From: Candidatus Magasanikiibacteriota bacterium
Lineage (GTDB): Bacteria > Patescibacteriota > Patescibacteriia > Magasanikbacterales > UBA922
Assembly: GCA_041674805.1 (NCBI GenBank)
Contig: JBAYVA010000003.1
Coordinates: 91,029-155,028 of the forward strand
Length of the DNA: 64,000 nucleotides
Direction: 5' to 3'
Shown piece after piece: positions 18,607 to 28,431 of this stretch (its first letter is position 1; every line of letters begins with the position of its first letter). The notes beneath the pieces are model-generated. The model saw only the letters and a program-made list of their open reading frames with translations, was not told the DNA's origin and ran no database searches. The translations under genes and the position numbers were made by a program.

Positions 18607-21339
18607 CTAAATATTATTAAATTGTTTATTTAACTTCTCCAATTTTTCTTTTGCTTCACTCAACTTATTTGTTTCTTGTTCAATTATACTTGCTGGAGCA
18701 CTACTTACAAAACCTGAATTACTTAGTTTACCTTCAAGTCCTGCAATGTATTTAGTCAATTGTTCTATTTCTTTACCTAGTTTTTCTTTTTCTTTGGCGA
18801 AGTCAACCACGCCCGCAAGTTCAACAAAAACTTCTACACCACTTTCGACAAAAGAAACGGACTGATCAGGTTTTGCAATCTTTTCTTCAATATGCAAATT
18901 TTCTAATCTAGCCAATTTACTAATTATTGCAGAATTTTGTGACAACAAATCTTTTTTATCACCTGCTGAAATTGTGACGTTCAGTTTTTTGACTGGATCA
19001 ATTTTGTAATCACCTTTTATTGAGCGAATACCGACTATCACATTTTGAATAATTTCAAAATCTTTTATTTCTAAATTTTGTTCAGTACTTAAAGGAAATT
19101 TTTCAACCATCAAAATATTTTCTTTACCATAAAATTCTTGCCAGATAGCTTCTGTCACAAATGGCATAAAAGGATGCCAAAGTTTGAGTACTGTGCTCAA
19201 AACGTAATTCAATATTTCTGATTTATTACCTTCAATTTTGGCAATCTCTAGATACCAATCTGCCAAATCATTCCAAGTGAAGTCACGAAGTTTTTCACCA
19301 GCGTAAGATAAGTTCATACTATCCAAATTACTAACAACCACATTACTTACTTCACTCAATTTTTGCAAAATCCATTTATCTGAAAGAGTTTTAGCTTCGG
19401 GCAAACTTATATCTTTCACCAATTTCTTTTCTTCAGCTTCCAAAGTCATTTCAATAAATCTTGCCATGTTCCAAAGTTTGTTAGCAAAATTTCTAAAACC
19501 ACCAATTTTTTCTTCAGACAATTTCATATCATTGCCTGGAGTATTACCGAGCAAAAGTGAAAGACGTGTCGCATCAGTGCCATACTTCTCTATCATATCA
19601 AGTGGATTGATAATATTTCCCAAGCTCTTACTCATTTTACGACCTTGTTCATCACGTACCAAACCATGCAAATAAACAGTTTCAAAAGGAACTTGACCAA
19701 GAGTATAAGTAGTCATAAGTATCATACGAGCTACCCAAAAAAATAAAATATCATAACCAGTTTCAAGTACTGAAGTTGGATGAAAATTTTTCAAATCTTG
19801 TGAATCTAAATTTGGATAACCAAGTGTAGAAAACGTCCATAAACCAGAACTAAACCAAGTATCCAAAGTATCAGGATCTTGTGTCCAGCCTTCACCTTCA
19901 GGTGCATCGACTCCAACAAAAATTTCCTCATTCCCCATTCCACTTTCCTCGTTACTCTTCTTATACCAAACCGGGATCTGATGTCCATACCAAATCTGAC
20001 GAGAAATACACCAATCACGAAGATTATCTATCCAGTTGAAATAAACTTTGTCGAATCTTTCTGGCACGATTTTTATTTGTCCAGTAGTTACTACTTTTTG
20101 CATCAATTCTTTGAGAGAATATTCTTGGCCTTCTTCAATACCCTTCAATTCCAATTTTCCTGTGAACTCTGAACTTTGAACTTTGAACTTTTTGTTTACA
20201 TCTACAAACCATTGAGTTTTTGGTAAAGGTTCAACAACATCTTTGAATCTATCAGAAGTACCAACATTTTGAATGATGTCTTCTTCTTTTTCGAGCAGAC
20301 CTTCGGCACGTAAATAGTTTACAAATTTTTCACGAGCTTCTTCTACACCTAAGCCTGTATAATCACTACCAGCATTACCAGTCATTTTGCCATCTTCACC
20401 AATAACTTGAATCAGTCCAATATCATTGCCAAGTGCTTTTTGTTTCAAATACATTTCAAAATCCACAGGACTGTGAGCTGTGGTTACACCAAGGGCTCCT
20501 GTACCAAAACTTTCATCAACATGATCGTCGCCAATAATTTTTATTTTTAGAATATGACCTTTTTGTCCGACATCTTGTACTTCAAATTCTTGACCAATAT
20601 ATTTTTGGTATTTTCCTGTAGGATTTACAGCCACAGCAGTATCACCAAGCTTGGTTTCCGGACGTGTAGTCGCAATAGTAATCGGAAAATCTTTACTATA
20701 TTTGAAATAATACATCTTAGCAGGACGTTCAATATGAACAAGTTCATCATCACTACAAGTAGATTGACCCTTTACTGACCAATTGATTACTCGGTAGCCT
20801 CGATAAATAAGTCCATCATCATACATTTTTTTGAAAACAGTTTTGACAGCCAAATTTCTTTTGTCATCCAATGTAAAAGCTTCTCTACTCCAATCTAAAC
20901 TAGAACCCATTTTTTTGGATTGATTGACAATAGTATCGTGAGATTCTTGAGCAAACTGAGCAACTCTTTTTAAAAAATTTTCTCTACCCAATTCTTCTTT
21001 TGGTTTTTTGAATTCTCCTGATTCAATCAGCATCTTTTCAACTTTGGATTCAGTAGCAACAGCAGCATGATCAGTACCTGGCACCCAGAGCGTTTTATCG
21101 CCTTTCATACGATGATATCTGACCATTACGTCTTCTATTGCGAGCATGGCAGCATGACCCATGTGTAGTGTTCCTGTGACGTTTGGTGGAGGCAAGACGA
21201 TAGTAAAAGGTTTGGAATCTTCTGTTGTTATTTTCTCTCTAATACAAACATCAGGATCAAAAAATCCACTATCTTCCCAAGACTTATAAATATCATCTTC
21301 GTATTTTTTTGGTTCGTAAGATTTTGCTAGACTTTCCAT
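18607..21339 (-). CDS. valS: Valine--tRNA ligase
   Basis: PPPNVTGTLHMGHA, DWCISRQIWYGH, KMSKSLGN, C-terminal coiled coil. Confidence 0.98.
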   Translation of the reverse strand: MESLAKSYEPKKYEDDIYKSWEDSGFFDPDVCIREKITTEDSKPFTIVLPPPNVTGTLHMGHAAMLAIEDVMVRYHRMKGDKTLWVPGTDHAAVATESKVEKMLIESGEFKKPKEELGRENFLKRVAQFAQESHDTIVNQSKKMGSSLDWSREAFTLDDKRNLAVKTVFKKMYDDGLIYRGYRVINWSVKGQSTCSDDELVHIERPAKMYYFKYSKDFPITIATTRPETKLGDTAVAVNPTGKYQKYIGQEFEVQDVGQKGHILKIKIIGDDHVDESFGTGALGVTTAHSPVDFEMYLKQKALGNDIGLIQVIGEDGKMTGNAGSDYTGLGVEEAREKFVNYLRAEGLLEKEEDIIQNVGTSDRFKDVVEPLPKTQWFVDVNKKFKVQSSEFTGKLELKGIEEGQEYSLKELMQKVVTTGQIKIVPERFDKVYFNWIDNLRDWCISRQIWYGHQIPVWYKKSNEESGMGNEEIFVGVDAPEGEGWTQDPDTLDTWFSSGLWTFSTLGYPNLDSQDLKNFHPTSVLETGYDILFFWVARMILMTTYTLGQVPFETVYLHGLVRDEQGRKMSKSLGNIINPLDMIEKYGTDATRLSLLLGNTPGNDMKLSEEKIGGFRNFANKLWNMARFIEMTLEAEEKKLVKDISLPEAKTLSDKWILQKLSEVSNVVVSNLDSMNLSYAGEKLRDFTWNDLADWYLEIAKIEGNKSEILNYVLSTVLKLWHPFMPFVTEAIWQEFYGKENILMVEKFPLSTEQNLEIKDFEIIQNVIVGIRSIKGDYKIDPVKKLNVTISAGDKKDLLSQNSAIISKLARLENLHIEEKIAKPDQSVSFVESGVEVFVELAGVVDFAKEKEKLGKEIEQLTKYIAGLEGKLSNSGFVSSAPASIIEQETNKLSEAKEKLEKLNKQFNNI

Positions 21340-21354
21340 ATTTTTTATTATCTT

Positions 21355-21476
21355 AACACTCCGGATATACGGATAATCCTAATTTTCCGGATACTACTAA
21401 TAAAGTTTTTTAAAATTTGTTGTTTATTCCTTAAAAATATCCGTATCATCCGTATTATCCGGAAATCCGAATTGTT
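21355..21476. repeat. Dispersed periodic inverted-repeat element (copy 2)
   Basis: aacactccggatatacggataatcc...ccggata ... tatccgtatcatccgtattatccggaaatccgaattgtt. Confidence 0.75.
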
Positions 21477-21572
21477 AAAGATAGTAATAGTTTACCTCAA
21501 TATCGATATTTTGGCAAGAAAATGCCTAGAGTTAGCCAAATAATTCAAAAAAACGCATAATATTCGGCTCTA

Positions 21573-21601
21573 TTGACATAAAACCTCATTTAGTATATAA
21601 T
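21573..21601 (+). promoter_or_regulatory. Sigma70 promoter for the DHH-family gene
   Basis: TTGACA-17 nt-TATAAT perfect consensus. Confidence 0.8.
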
Positions 21602-21684
21602 CTTTTATTCTTCTTTTGAACGTTTCAAAGGATGTTGATACTAGGTATTTAAGGCTTGTAGATACTTGATAGCAACAAAAAAAT

Positions 21685-22827
21685 ATGGCACTTGATAAAA
21701 TAGAACAATTCAACAAAGCTATTGAAGACAAAAAAAATATTTTAATAACTTTCAAAAAACACTTCGATGGCGATGCTATAGGAAGTTCTTTGGCTCTAAA
21801 GCTCTTTTTGGAACAACTAGGCAAACGCGTAGATATTGTCTGTGATTCTTTTGTTTTACCAAGTCAATACCAATTTTTGAAACACTCCAACAAAATAAAA
21901 GATAGTTTTGATGGATTAAATAATTTTGTTATTAGTATTGATGTAGAAAAAAATGGTCTATCTGAATTGAGTTATGACATCAAAGAAAACAAATTGAGAA
22001 TATTTATTACTCCAAAAAATGGTTATATCAACAAAGAAAATATCACTACTAGCCAAAGTGACTTCAAATATGATTTGATAATCACTGTTGATACAACTGA
22101 TTTATCTTCTCTTGGTGACATTTTTACTAATCACGAAAACTTTTTTTATAGCAAACCTCTTATCAATATTGATCACAAAGCCAACAATGAACATTTTGGA
22201 CAAATCAATATTATAGAATTACCTGCTAGTAGCAGTTCTGAAATAGTATTTGAAATTTTGCAACAAGCCAAAGAAGAATTAATCAACAGACAAGTCGCTC
22301 AATCTTTACTAACAGGTATTATTGCTGGTACAAATAGTTTCAAAAAAAATAAAGTCCGTCCACTAACTTTACAAGTTGCTAGTAAATTAGTAGATTTGGG
22401 AGCTGACAGAGCTTTTATTATCAAAAATCTTTATCAAACCAAATCTATTGCTACTTTCAAAATTTGGGGAACTATACTAAGTCATCTAAAAGAAGACAAG
22501 GATTTAAATTTAGTTTGGTCTACTATTACGCGTGACGACTTTGTCAGAAGTGGTGCTAAAAAAGAAGATTTAAACAATATTATAGATGAGTTGATCACGA
22601 CTGCACCTACTGCTCAATTTGTTTTGTTACTCAATGAAGATCCAGAAGAAAAAAACAAAATATCTGGTATATTGAGAATATTACCACAAAATCATGCGAC
22701 AGAAATGATGAAAAAATACAATGCTGATGGTGATGAAAATGAAACAAAATTTGAAATAAATGGCAAAAATTTAAATGATGTGGAAGAAGAAATTGTAGCG
22801 CATATAAAAAATGAGATAAATAAATAA
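21685..22827 (+). CDS. DHH/NrnA-family phosphoesterase (DHK variant)
   Basis: DGDAIGS, LIITVD, INIDHK, ASSSSEIV, LLTGII. Confidence 0.8.
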   Translation: MALDKIEQFNKAIEDKKNILITFKKHFDGDAIGSSLALKLFLEQLGKRVDIVCDSFVLPSQYQFLKHSNKIKDSFDGLNNFVISIDVEKNGLSELSYDIKENKLRIFITPKNGYINKENITTSQSDFKYDLIITVDTTDLSSLGDIFTNHENFFYSKPLINIDHKANNEHFGQINIIELPASSSSEIVFEILQQAKEELINRQVAQSLLTGIIAGTNSFKKNKVRPLTLQVASKLVDLGADRAFIIKNLYQTKSIATFKIWGTILSHLKEDKDLNLVWSTITRDDFVRSGAKKEDLNNIIDELITTAPTAQFVLLLNEDPEEKNKISGILRILPQNHATEMMKKYNADGDENETKFEINGKNLNDVEEEIVAHIKNEINK

Positions 22828-22883
22828 AACACATAACACAATACATATAACAAATAAAAAACACGTATAGAAATATTCGTGTT

Positions 22884-23237
22884 TTATTTTTCTAAATTAT
22901 CTATTGTTGACCACAACATTTTGGCAAGTTCTTCTTTTCTATGAAACATATTTATATATTCTTTCGTAGAAAGATAGCCCAAATTACATGCTAAATAAAA
23001 AGTGATAATTGATTATTGCAAAGATCCATAATATATTTTATAAAAATTAGTCATCACTTTTCTCTTCTTTCTAGCAAAACCTTCTACATAATTTAACAAT
23101 ACAGAAACCATAGATCTACGACATTGCGAGGTCAATGTATATCTTTCATCACTTGGAAATTTTCTAGAAATAATGTATCCAGACAATATATAATCTGTAA
23201 TTTTTTTCTTCAAAATATCATGAAACCACTCCTTAAA
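22884..23237 (-). pseudogene. Four-helix-bundle (23S rRNA IVP-like) gene with internal stop
   Basis: FPSDERYTLTSQCRRSMVSVLLNYVEGFAR...YGSLQ*SIITFYLACNLGYL...ELAKMLWSTIDNLEK; the frame continues 42 codons past the TAA at 23013-23015; no upstream ATG in frame. Confidence 0.8.
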
Positions 23238-23280
23238 ACTTTTGATAAATGATATGTGTTATGTGATATGTGGCATGTGC

Positions 23281-24858
23281 TTAAATTAGTGAACGTCCCG
23301 TCATTTCCTCAGGTTTATCTATACCCAAAACTTTGAGAATTGTCGGCGCTACATCACCCAACACACCAGACTTAGGCAAAAGACTCAAATCATCATCAGG
23401 TGAATCTCCTACATTACCAGAAATACCAAATAATTTTTCTTGAATAATAATAAAAGGAACATTGTTGTTACTATTTTGTTTATCAAGAGTACCTGTCTTC
23501 ATACTAAGTACTTCTTCAGCACTACCACTGTCTCCAACAATAAATAAAACTCCGTCTTCAGCCAAAACATATTCAGCAATTTTACCAATATATTTGTCCA
23601 AAATTTCACAAGCTTTTATAGTAGCTTGAAAATCACCAGTTTTAGACACACTTTCAGCATTAGAAAAATTGGCCAAGATAAAATCATACTTTTCTGATTT
23701 TATAGCTTTGACAACATCTTTGACAATTGAATTAGCTGCCATTTCAGGAACTTCTTTATATGACAAAACTTTTTTAGAAGGAACAAGTACAAATTCTTCA
23801 TCACCAAATTTGTCTTCAAACATTCCACTAAAAAAAGAAGTAACACAACTATATTTTTCTGTTTCAGCAATTCTGATTTGTCTCATTTCTGCTTTGGACA
23901 AAACTTCTGCCAAAGAATTATGAATGATATTGCGAGGGTAAGCAACCACAACAGGAATTTCTTTTTCGTAATCAGTCATTGTCACAAAAAATAAATTACG
24001 TAAATAAATACGTTCAAATTTTGGAAAAGCTGGCAAAACAAAAGACTTAGTCAATTGTCTAGCAAGTCTAGCTCCAAAATTAGCAAAAATTACAGCATCA
24101 TTTTTTTGAATAAAATTTAATTTAGTTTTACTACCAATCAAAGTAGGTAAAACATCAGCATCGTAAATTTCTTTGTCATAAGATTTTTGAATAGCTTCAA
24201 AAGATGTCTCTTCAATATTCAAAACTTTTTCACCTGTCATGTGATAATAGGCCAAAGAAATTTTGTCCCAATTACGACCATTGTCCAAAGCATAATTTCT
24301 ACCAGAAATACTAACAATTTTACCTATACCTAATTCAGACATTTTAGCTTCTATTTTTTTTATATGATGAATACCATTGTTATAAATATCATCTTCACCA
24401 TCCAAAATAGCATGCACAAAAACTTCTTTTACCTTGTTTTGTTTTGCCACTTGCAATAAAGCAAAAAAATGTTCATCATTGGCATTGTGAATTTGATTCC
24501 CAAATAAAGTAATAATATGTAAATTAGAATTATTTTTTTCAGTATGTTCTATAGCTGACAAAAAAGCATGATTGGAAAAAAACTTACCACTCGCTATAGC
24601 AGCATTTATTCTTGGTAAAATTTTTTTATAAATTCTACCAGAACCAATATTCAAATGACCAACACGAGAATTACCAGCTTCAAAATCCAAAAGTCCCACA
24701 TCTTTACCAGACGCACCAAGACTCATCACTGGATATTGTTGAATAAATTTATCAAAATTTGGAGTATTAGCTTTAAAAATTGCATTGCCAGGTGTATTTG
24801 GTGCAATTCCCCAACCACTCAAAGTAAGTAAAACAGCAGGTTTTGGACGATTCATCAT
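23281..24858 (-). CDS. iPGM (GpmI) paralog with degenerate metal-binding site
   Basis: Full-length iPGM fold but LSGWG, NAESVSKTG, GDSGSAE; start moved to MMNRPKP. Confidence 0.85.
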   Translation of the reverse strand: MMNRPKPAVLLTLSGWGIAPNTPGNAIFKANTPNFDKFIQQYPVMSLGASGKDVGLLDFEAGNSRVGHLNIGSGRIYKKILPRINAAIASGKFFSNHAFLSAIEHTEKNNSNLHIITLFGNQIHNANDEHFFALLQVAKQNKVKEVFVHAILDGEDDIYNNGIHHIKKIEAKMSELGIGKIVSISGRNYALDNGRNWDKISLAYYHMTGEKVLNIEETSFEAIQKSYDKEIYDADVLPTLIGSKTKLNFIQKNDAVIFANFGARLARQLTKSFVLPAFPKFERIYLRNLFFVTMTDYEKEIPVVVAYPRNIIHNSLAEVLSKAEMRQIRIAETEKYSCVTSFFSGMFEDKFGDEEFVLVPSKKVLSYKEVPEMAANSIVKDVVKAIKSEKYDFILANFSNAESVSKTGDFQATIKACEILDKYIGKIAEYVLAEDGVLFIVGDSGSAEEVLSMKTGTLDKQNSNNNVPFIIIQEKLFGISGNVGDSPDDDLSLLPKSGVLGDVAPTILKVLGIDKPEEMTGRSLI

Positions 24859-24950
24859 AATTTTAAATTTAGCAATTTTAAATTTTAATTTGTCCGCCTT
24901 GGGTGGAAACAATTTAAAAATTTTACAATTTCATCCCGATTTTATCAGGA

Positions 24951-26534
24951 CTAAATTAAAGAATGTCCCGTCATTTCATCTGGTTTTTCAATATTCAACA
25001 CTTTCAAAATAGTCGGAGCAATATCTGAAAGTCTACCTTTTTTCAATTTTGTTTTCTTATCATCACTAATCAAAATAAATGGGACATGATTATCAGTATG
25101 AGACGTCATAATCTCCCCAGTCTTTTCATCAAACATCTTTTCAGCATTACCATGATCAGCCGTAATAAATACTATACCATTTTTTGATAAAACACAATCT
25201 ACTACTCTTTTCACCTGATTATCCATATAATTTACCGCTTTTTTAGCTGCTTCAAAATCACCAGTATGCCCGACCATGTCAGCGTTAGGATAATTTACTG
25301 TAATAAAATTGTAAGTATTATTTTCTAAATAATTTATAATAATATTAGTAATTTCTTGTGCATGCATTTCTGGTTTATCAGCATATGAATAATGTGCACC
25401 AGATTTTATCATAAGTCTTTTTTCACCATTAATAGGTTCTGAATAACCACCATTCATAAAATAAGTAACATGCGCGTATTTTTCAGTTTCAGAAATATAT
25501 AATTGATTATAATTTTCACCAATTGCTTTGGCCAAACAATTTTTAAAATCTGGACTTGGAAAAGCTGTAAAAATTCCTGGTAAATCTGGACCAAAATCTG
25601 TCATAGCCACAAAACGAATATTTTTTGGTAATTTGTTTCTTTTAAACGCACCTGGATTCATCTTTTGAAAATTTTCCTGAACTAAAGACTTGGTAATTTG
25701 TCTAGCTCTATCACTTCTGGCATTGAAAAAATAAATAACATCATTATCTTCAATGTTACCCACAGGTTTTCCACCTTCAACAATAACTGTGGGTAAAATG
25801 TATTCATCAGTTTCATCTCTATTATAAGCTTGAGAAATTGCTTCTTCAGCACTTTCAGCTTGTAAACCAACACCCGAGACCATAGCATCATAAGCTTGTT
25901 TAGTTCTACTCCACATTTTGTTTCTATCCATACCATAAAATCTACCCATAATCGTCGCAATTTTTTCACCATTTTTCATATTCTTACGCAAAAGACGCAA
26001 AAAATTTACAGCACCATGAGTAGAAGAATCACGACCATCTGTAAACAAATGTAAAAAAACTTTTTTATGTCCTTGCTTACGAAAATATTCTAATAAAGAA
26101 TAAATATGTTCTGGATTAGAATGAGCACTTTGACCATCAGTCAAAAGTCCCATCAAATGAACAGAACTATTATATTTTTTGGCATGATAAAGAGCATGAC
26201 GAAATGAGTCATTTTTGAAAAAAGTTCCATCTTTGATAGCATGCGTAATTCGCACCAAATCTTGCTCAACTACTCTACCCGCGCCAATATTCAAATGTCC
26301 TGCTTCAGAATTTCCTTCTTGATTAGGAAAAAGACCAACATCCAAACCACTAGCTATAAGTTGAGTATTAGAATAATCTTTTATATAAGAAAAAATATTT
26401 GGTGCTGTCTCTGGTGTAATTGCATTACCAACATTTTTGAAATCAGCCAAACCAAAACCATCGAGGATCATGAAGACAACTGGCTTGTTTTTTTTATTGA
26501 TTTCTTCGTTTTGTAGGTTTAATTCTTTTGACAT
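24951..26534 (-). CDS. gpmI: 2,3-bisphosphoglycerate-independent phosphoglycerate mutase
   Basis: LDGFG, GNSEAGH, ETEKYAHVT, NADMVGHTG, TADHGNAE, TSHT. Confidence 0.96.
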   Translation of the reverse strand: MSKELNLQNEEINKKNKPVVFMILDGFGLADFKNVGNAITPETAPNIFSYIKDYSNTQLIASGLDVGLFPNQEGNSEAGHLNIGAGRVVEQDLVRITHAIKDGTFFKNDSFRHALYHAKKYNSSVHLMGLLTDGQSAHSNPEHIYSLLEYFRKQGHKKVFLHLFTDGRDSSTHGAVNFLRLLRKNMKNGEKIATIMGRFYGMDRNKMWSRTKQAYDAMVSGVGLQAESAEEAISQAYNRDETDEYILPTVIVEGGKPVGNIEDNDVIYFFNARSDRARQITKSLVQENFQKMNPGAFKRNKLPKNIRFVAMTDFGPDLPGIFTAFPSPDFKNCLAKAIGENYNQLYISETEKYAHVTYFMNGGYSEPINGEKRLMIKSGAHYSYADKPEMHAQEITNIIINYLENNTYNFITVNYPNADMVGHTGDFEAAKKAVNYMDNQVKRVVDCVLSKNGIVFITADHGNAEKMFDEKTGEIMTSHTDNHVPFILISDDKKTKLKKGRLSDIAPTILKVLNIEKPDEMTGHSLI

Positions 26535-26544
26535 ATTTAAAAAT

Positions 26545-27005
26545 TTCCAATACTAAATAAACAAATTCCAAATAATATACAAATAACAAATTAAAATTAT
26601 GTAGATTTGTCTATTATAGTGGATAATATTTTTCTTAACTCAATTGATTCGTTTAGTAAGGATTTTATTCTATTTGCTAAATTTAAATTATTATCAATAA
26701 TCAGTTCTATCCAATATGTAGTTTCTTTACATTCTTTTCTCGAGATTTTGATTCTGTGTAAAAAATCTTTTTTACTCAATTTTTCATTTGCCTCTCTATA
26801 ATTTGCTCCAACTGAAGTGGAAGAACGTATTATTTGTTTTATATATACATTATTTATTTCACTTTTTTCTAAAGCTTTGCACATTTTTGCAATTCTTTTC
26901 GCAAACTCCAAAGTTCTTGTTTCCAAGTTGTAAATTTTCCCCTCCATAAATTTTTTTGTATATTGTAATTTTGATATTATTTGGAATTTGTTTATTTAAT
27001 ATTGT
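26545..27005. mobile_element. Four-helix-bundle gene cassette bounded by ~31-bp inverted repeats
   Basis: Left arm caatactaaataaacaaattccaaataatat; reverse complement of right arm caatattaaataaacaaattccaaataatat. Confidence 0.55.
26597..26947 (-). CDS. Four helix bundle protein (23S rRNA IVP family)
   Basis: LETRTLEFA, QIIRSSTSVGANYREANE..SKKDF..RIKISRKECKETTYW. Confidence 0.92.
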   Translation of the reverse strand: MEGKIYNLETRTLEFAKRIAKMCKALEKSEINNVYIKQIIRSSTSVGANYREANEKLSKKDFLHRIKISRKECKETTYWIELIIDNNLNLANRIKSLLNESIELRKILSTIIDKST

Positions 27006-28262
27006 TTATTTTTCAGTTTCTTCTTCAATCTCCATCAATCTATTATACTTCTCCACTCTTTCCGATCTACTCATAGAACCTGTTTTGATAAACTCAGAAT
27101 TTACAGCGACAGCTAGGTCAGCAATGAAAGTATCAGCAGTCTCACCTGAACGATGTGACACAGAAACTTTGTAACCATTTTTCTTAGCTAAATAAATCGC
27201 ATCAATTGTTTCAGTCAAAGTTCCAATTTGATTAAGCTTGATAAGTACAGCATTAGCTACTTTTTCATCAATTCCTTTTTGTATACGTTTGACGTTGGTC
27301 ACAAACAAATCATCTCCTACAATAGTCACTTTCTTACCAAATTTTTTGGTAAGAAGAGCCCAATTTTCCCAATCATCTTCAGCCAATGGATCTTCAATAG
27401 AAAGTATAGGATATTTTCTAATCCAAGTTTCTAAAATTCTAATCATTTTGTCTGCACTAGAAGCTTGTGAAGGGCTAGAAAAATAATATTTACCCTTACG
27501 ATAAAATTCTGAAGCAGCAATATCAAAACCAAGAAAAACATTTTTGCCAGGTTCAAAACCTGATGATTGTATTGCTTTTATTACCAATTGAATTGCTCTT
27601 TCATTGTTGAGTAAGTCCGGCGCAAAACCACCTTCATCTCCTACCGAAGTAGTATAACCTTTATCATTCAAAATTGCTTTGAGAGAATGAAAAATTTGAG
27701 AACCCATTCTAACACGCTCGGCAAATTTTTTGTGAATTGGAATAATCATGAATTCCTGACAACTCAAATTGTTGTCAGCGTGTCGTCCACCATTTAAAAT
27801 GTTCATAGTCGCTACTGGCATCCTCCAAGTCTTTTCTGGCAAATTATAAGCACTGCGAATATATTTATATAAAGGCATTTTACTTGCTTTGGCACCAGCA
27901 CGAGCACAGGCAAGAGACACTGACAAAATAGCATTTGCCCCAAGTTTTTTCTTGTTTTCAGTACCATCTAAATCTAACATTAATTTATCAATATTCCTTT
28001 GGTCCAAAACATCTTTACCTATTAAAGCTTTATTAATCAGAGTATTAACATTTTTTACAGCTTTGAGAACTCCTTTACCGCCAAAACGTTGAGCATTGTC
28101 ACGAAGTTCAAGTGCTTCATGAGTACCTGTAGAAGCTCCCGATGGGACAGCAGCCTTACCAATAGCACCACCTTCCAAATAAACTTTTGTTTCTAGAGTT
28201 GGATTACCACGTGAATCCAAAATTTCTCTAGAAACAATTTTTTTTATTTCAGTGTTTTTCAT
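27006..28262 (-). CDS. eno: Enolase
   Basis: EILDSRGNPT, VPSGASTG, VGDEGGFAP, SHRSGET. Confidence 0.98.
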   Translation of the reverse strand: MKNTEIKKIVSREILDSRGNPTLETKVYLEGGAIGKAAVPSGASTGTHEALELRDNAQRFGGKGVLKAVKNVNTLINKALIGKDVLDQRNIDKLMLDLDGTENKKKLGANAILSVSLACARAGAKASKMPLYKYIRSAYNLPEKTWRMPVATMNILNGGRHADNNLSCQEFMIIPIHKKFAERVRMGSQIFHSLKAILNDKGYTTSVGDEGGFAPDLLNNERAIQLVIKAIQSSGFEPGKNVFLGFDIAASEFYRKGKYYFSSPSQASSADKMIRILETWIRKYPILSIEDPLAEDDWENWALLTKKFGKKVTIVGDDLFVTNVKRIQKGIDEKVANAVLIKLNQIGTLTETIDAIYLAKKNGYKVSVSHRSGETADTFIADLAVAVNSEFIKTGSMSRSERVEKYNRLMEIEEETEK

Positions 28263-28391
28263 ATATATTAGTTAATTAGGTATTAGGTATTAGGTTTACT
28301 TAAATTTATAAACGTGAATTTAAAAACAAAAAGCCTTTCCGGCCTTTTAAGCTTTTCAAGCCTTTCCCAGCCTTTCTATATTATACCAAAA

Positions 28392-28418
28392 AAAACAGCC
28401 TTTTGGAAAGGCTGTCTT
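28392..28418 (-). terminator. Intrinsic terminator after the SIMPL gene
   Basis: aaaaacagcctt-ttgg-aaggctgt hairpin with U-tract. Confidence 0.7.
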
Positions 28419-28431
28419 TAATTCTAGCTAA

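Noticed and set aside
21340-21520. T-box leader for valS
   Set aside because: No T-box consensus (GGTGG.ACC) was seen; the region is the dispersed repeat element.
23013-23015. Stop-codon reassignment or readthrough
   Set aside because: TAA, TAG and TGA all terminate genes normally in this window and no conserved gene needs TGA read as sense; a nonsense mutation is simpler.
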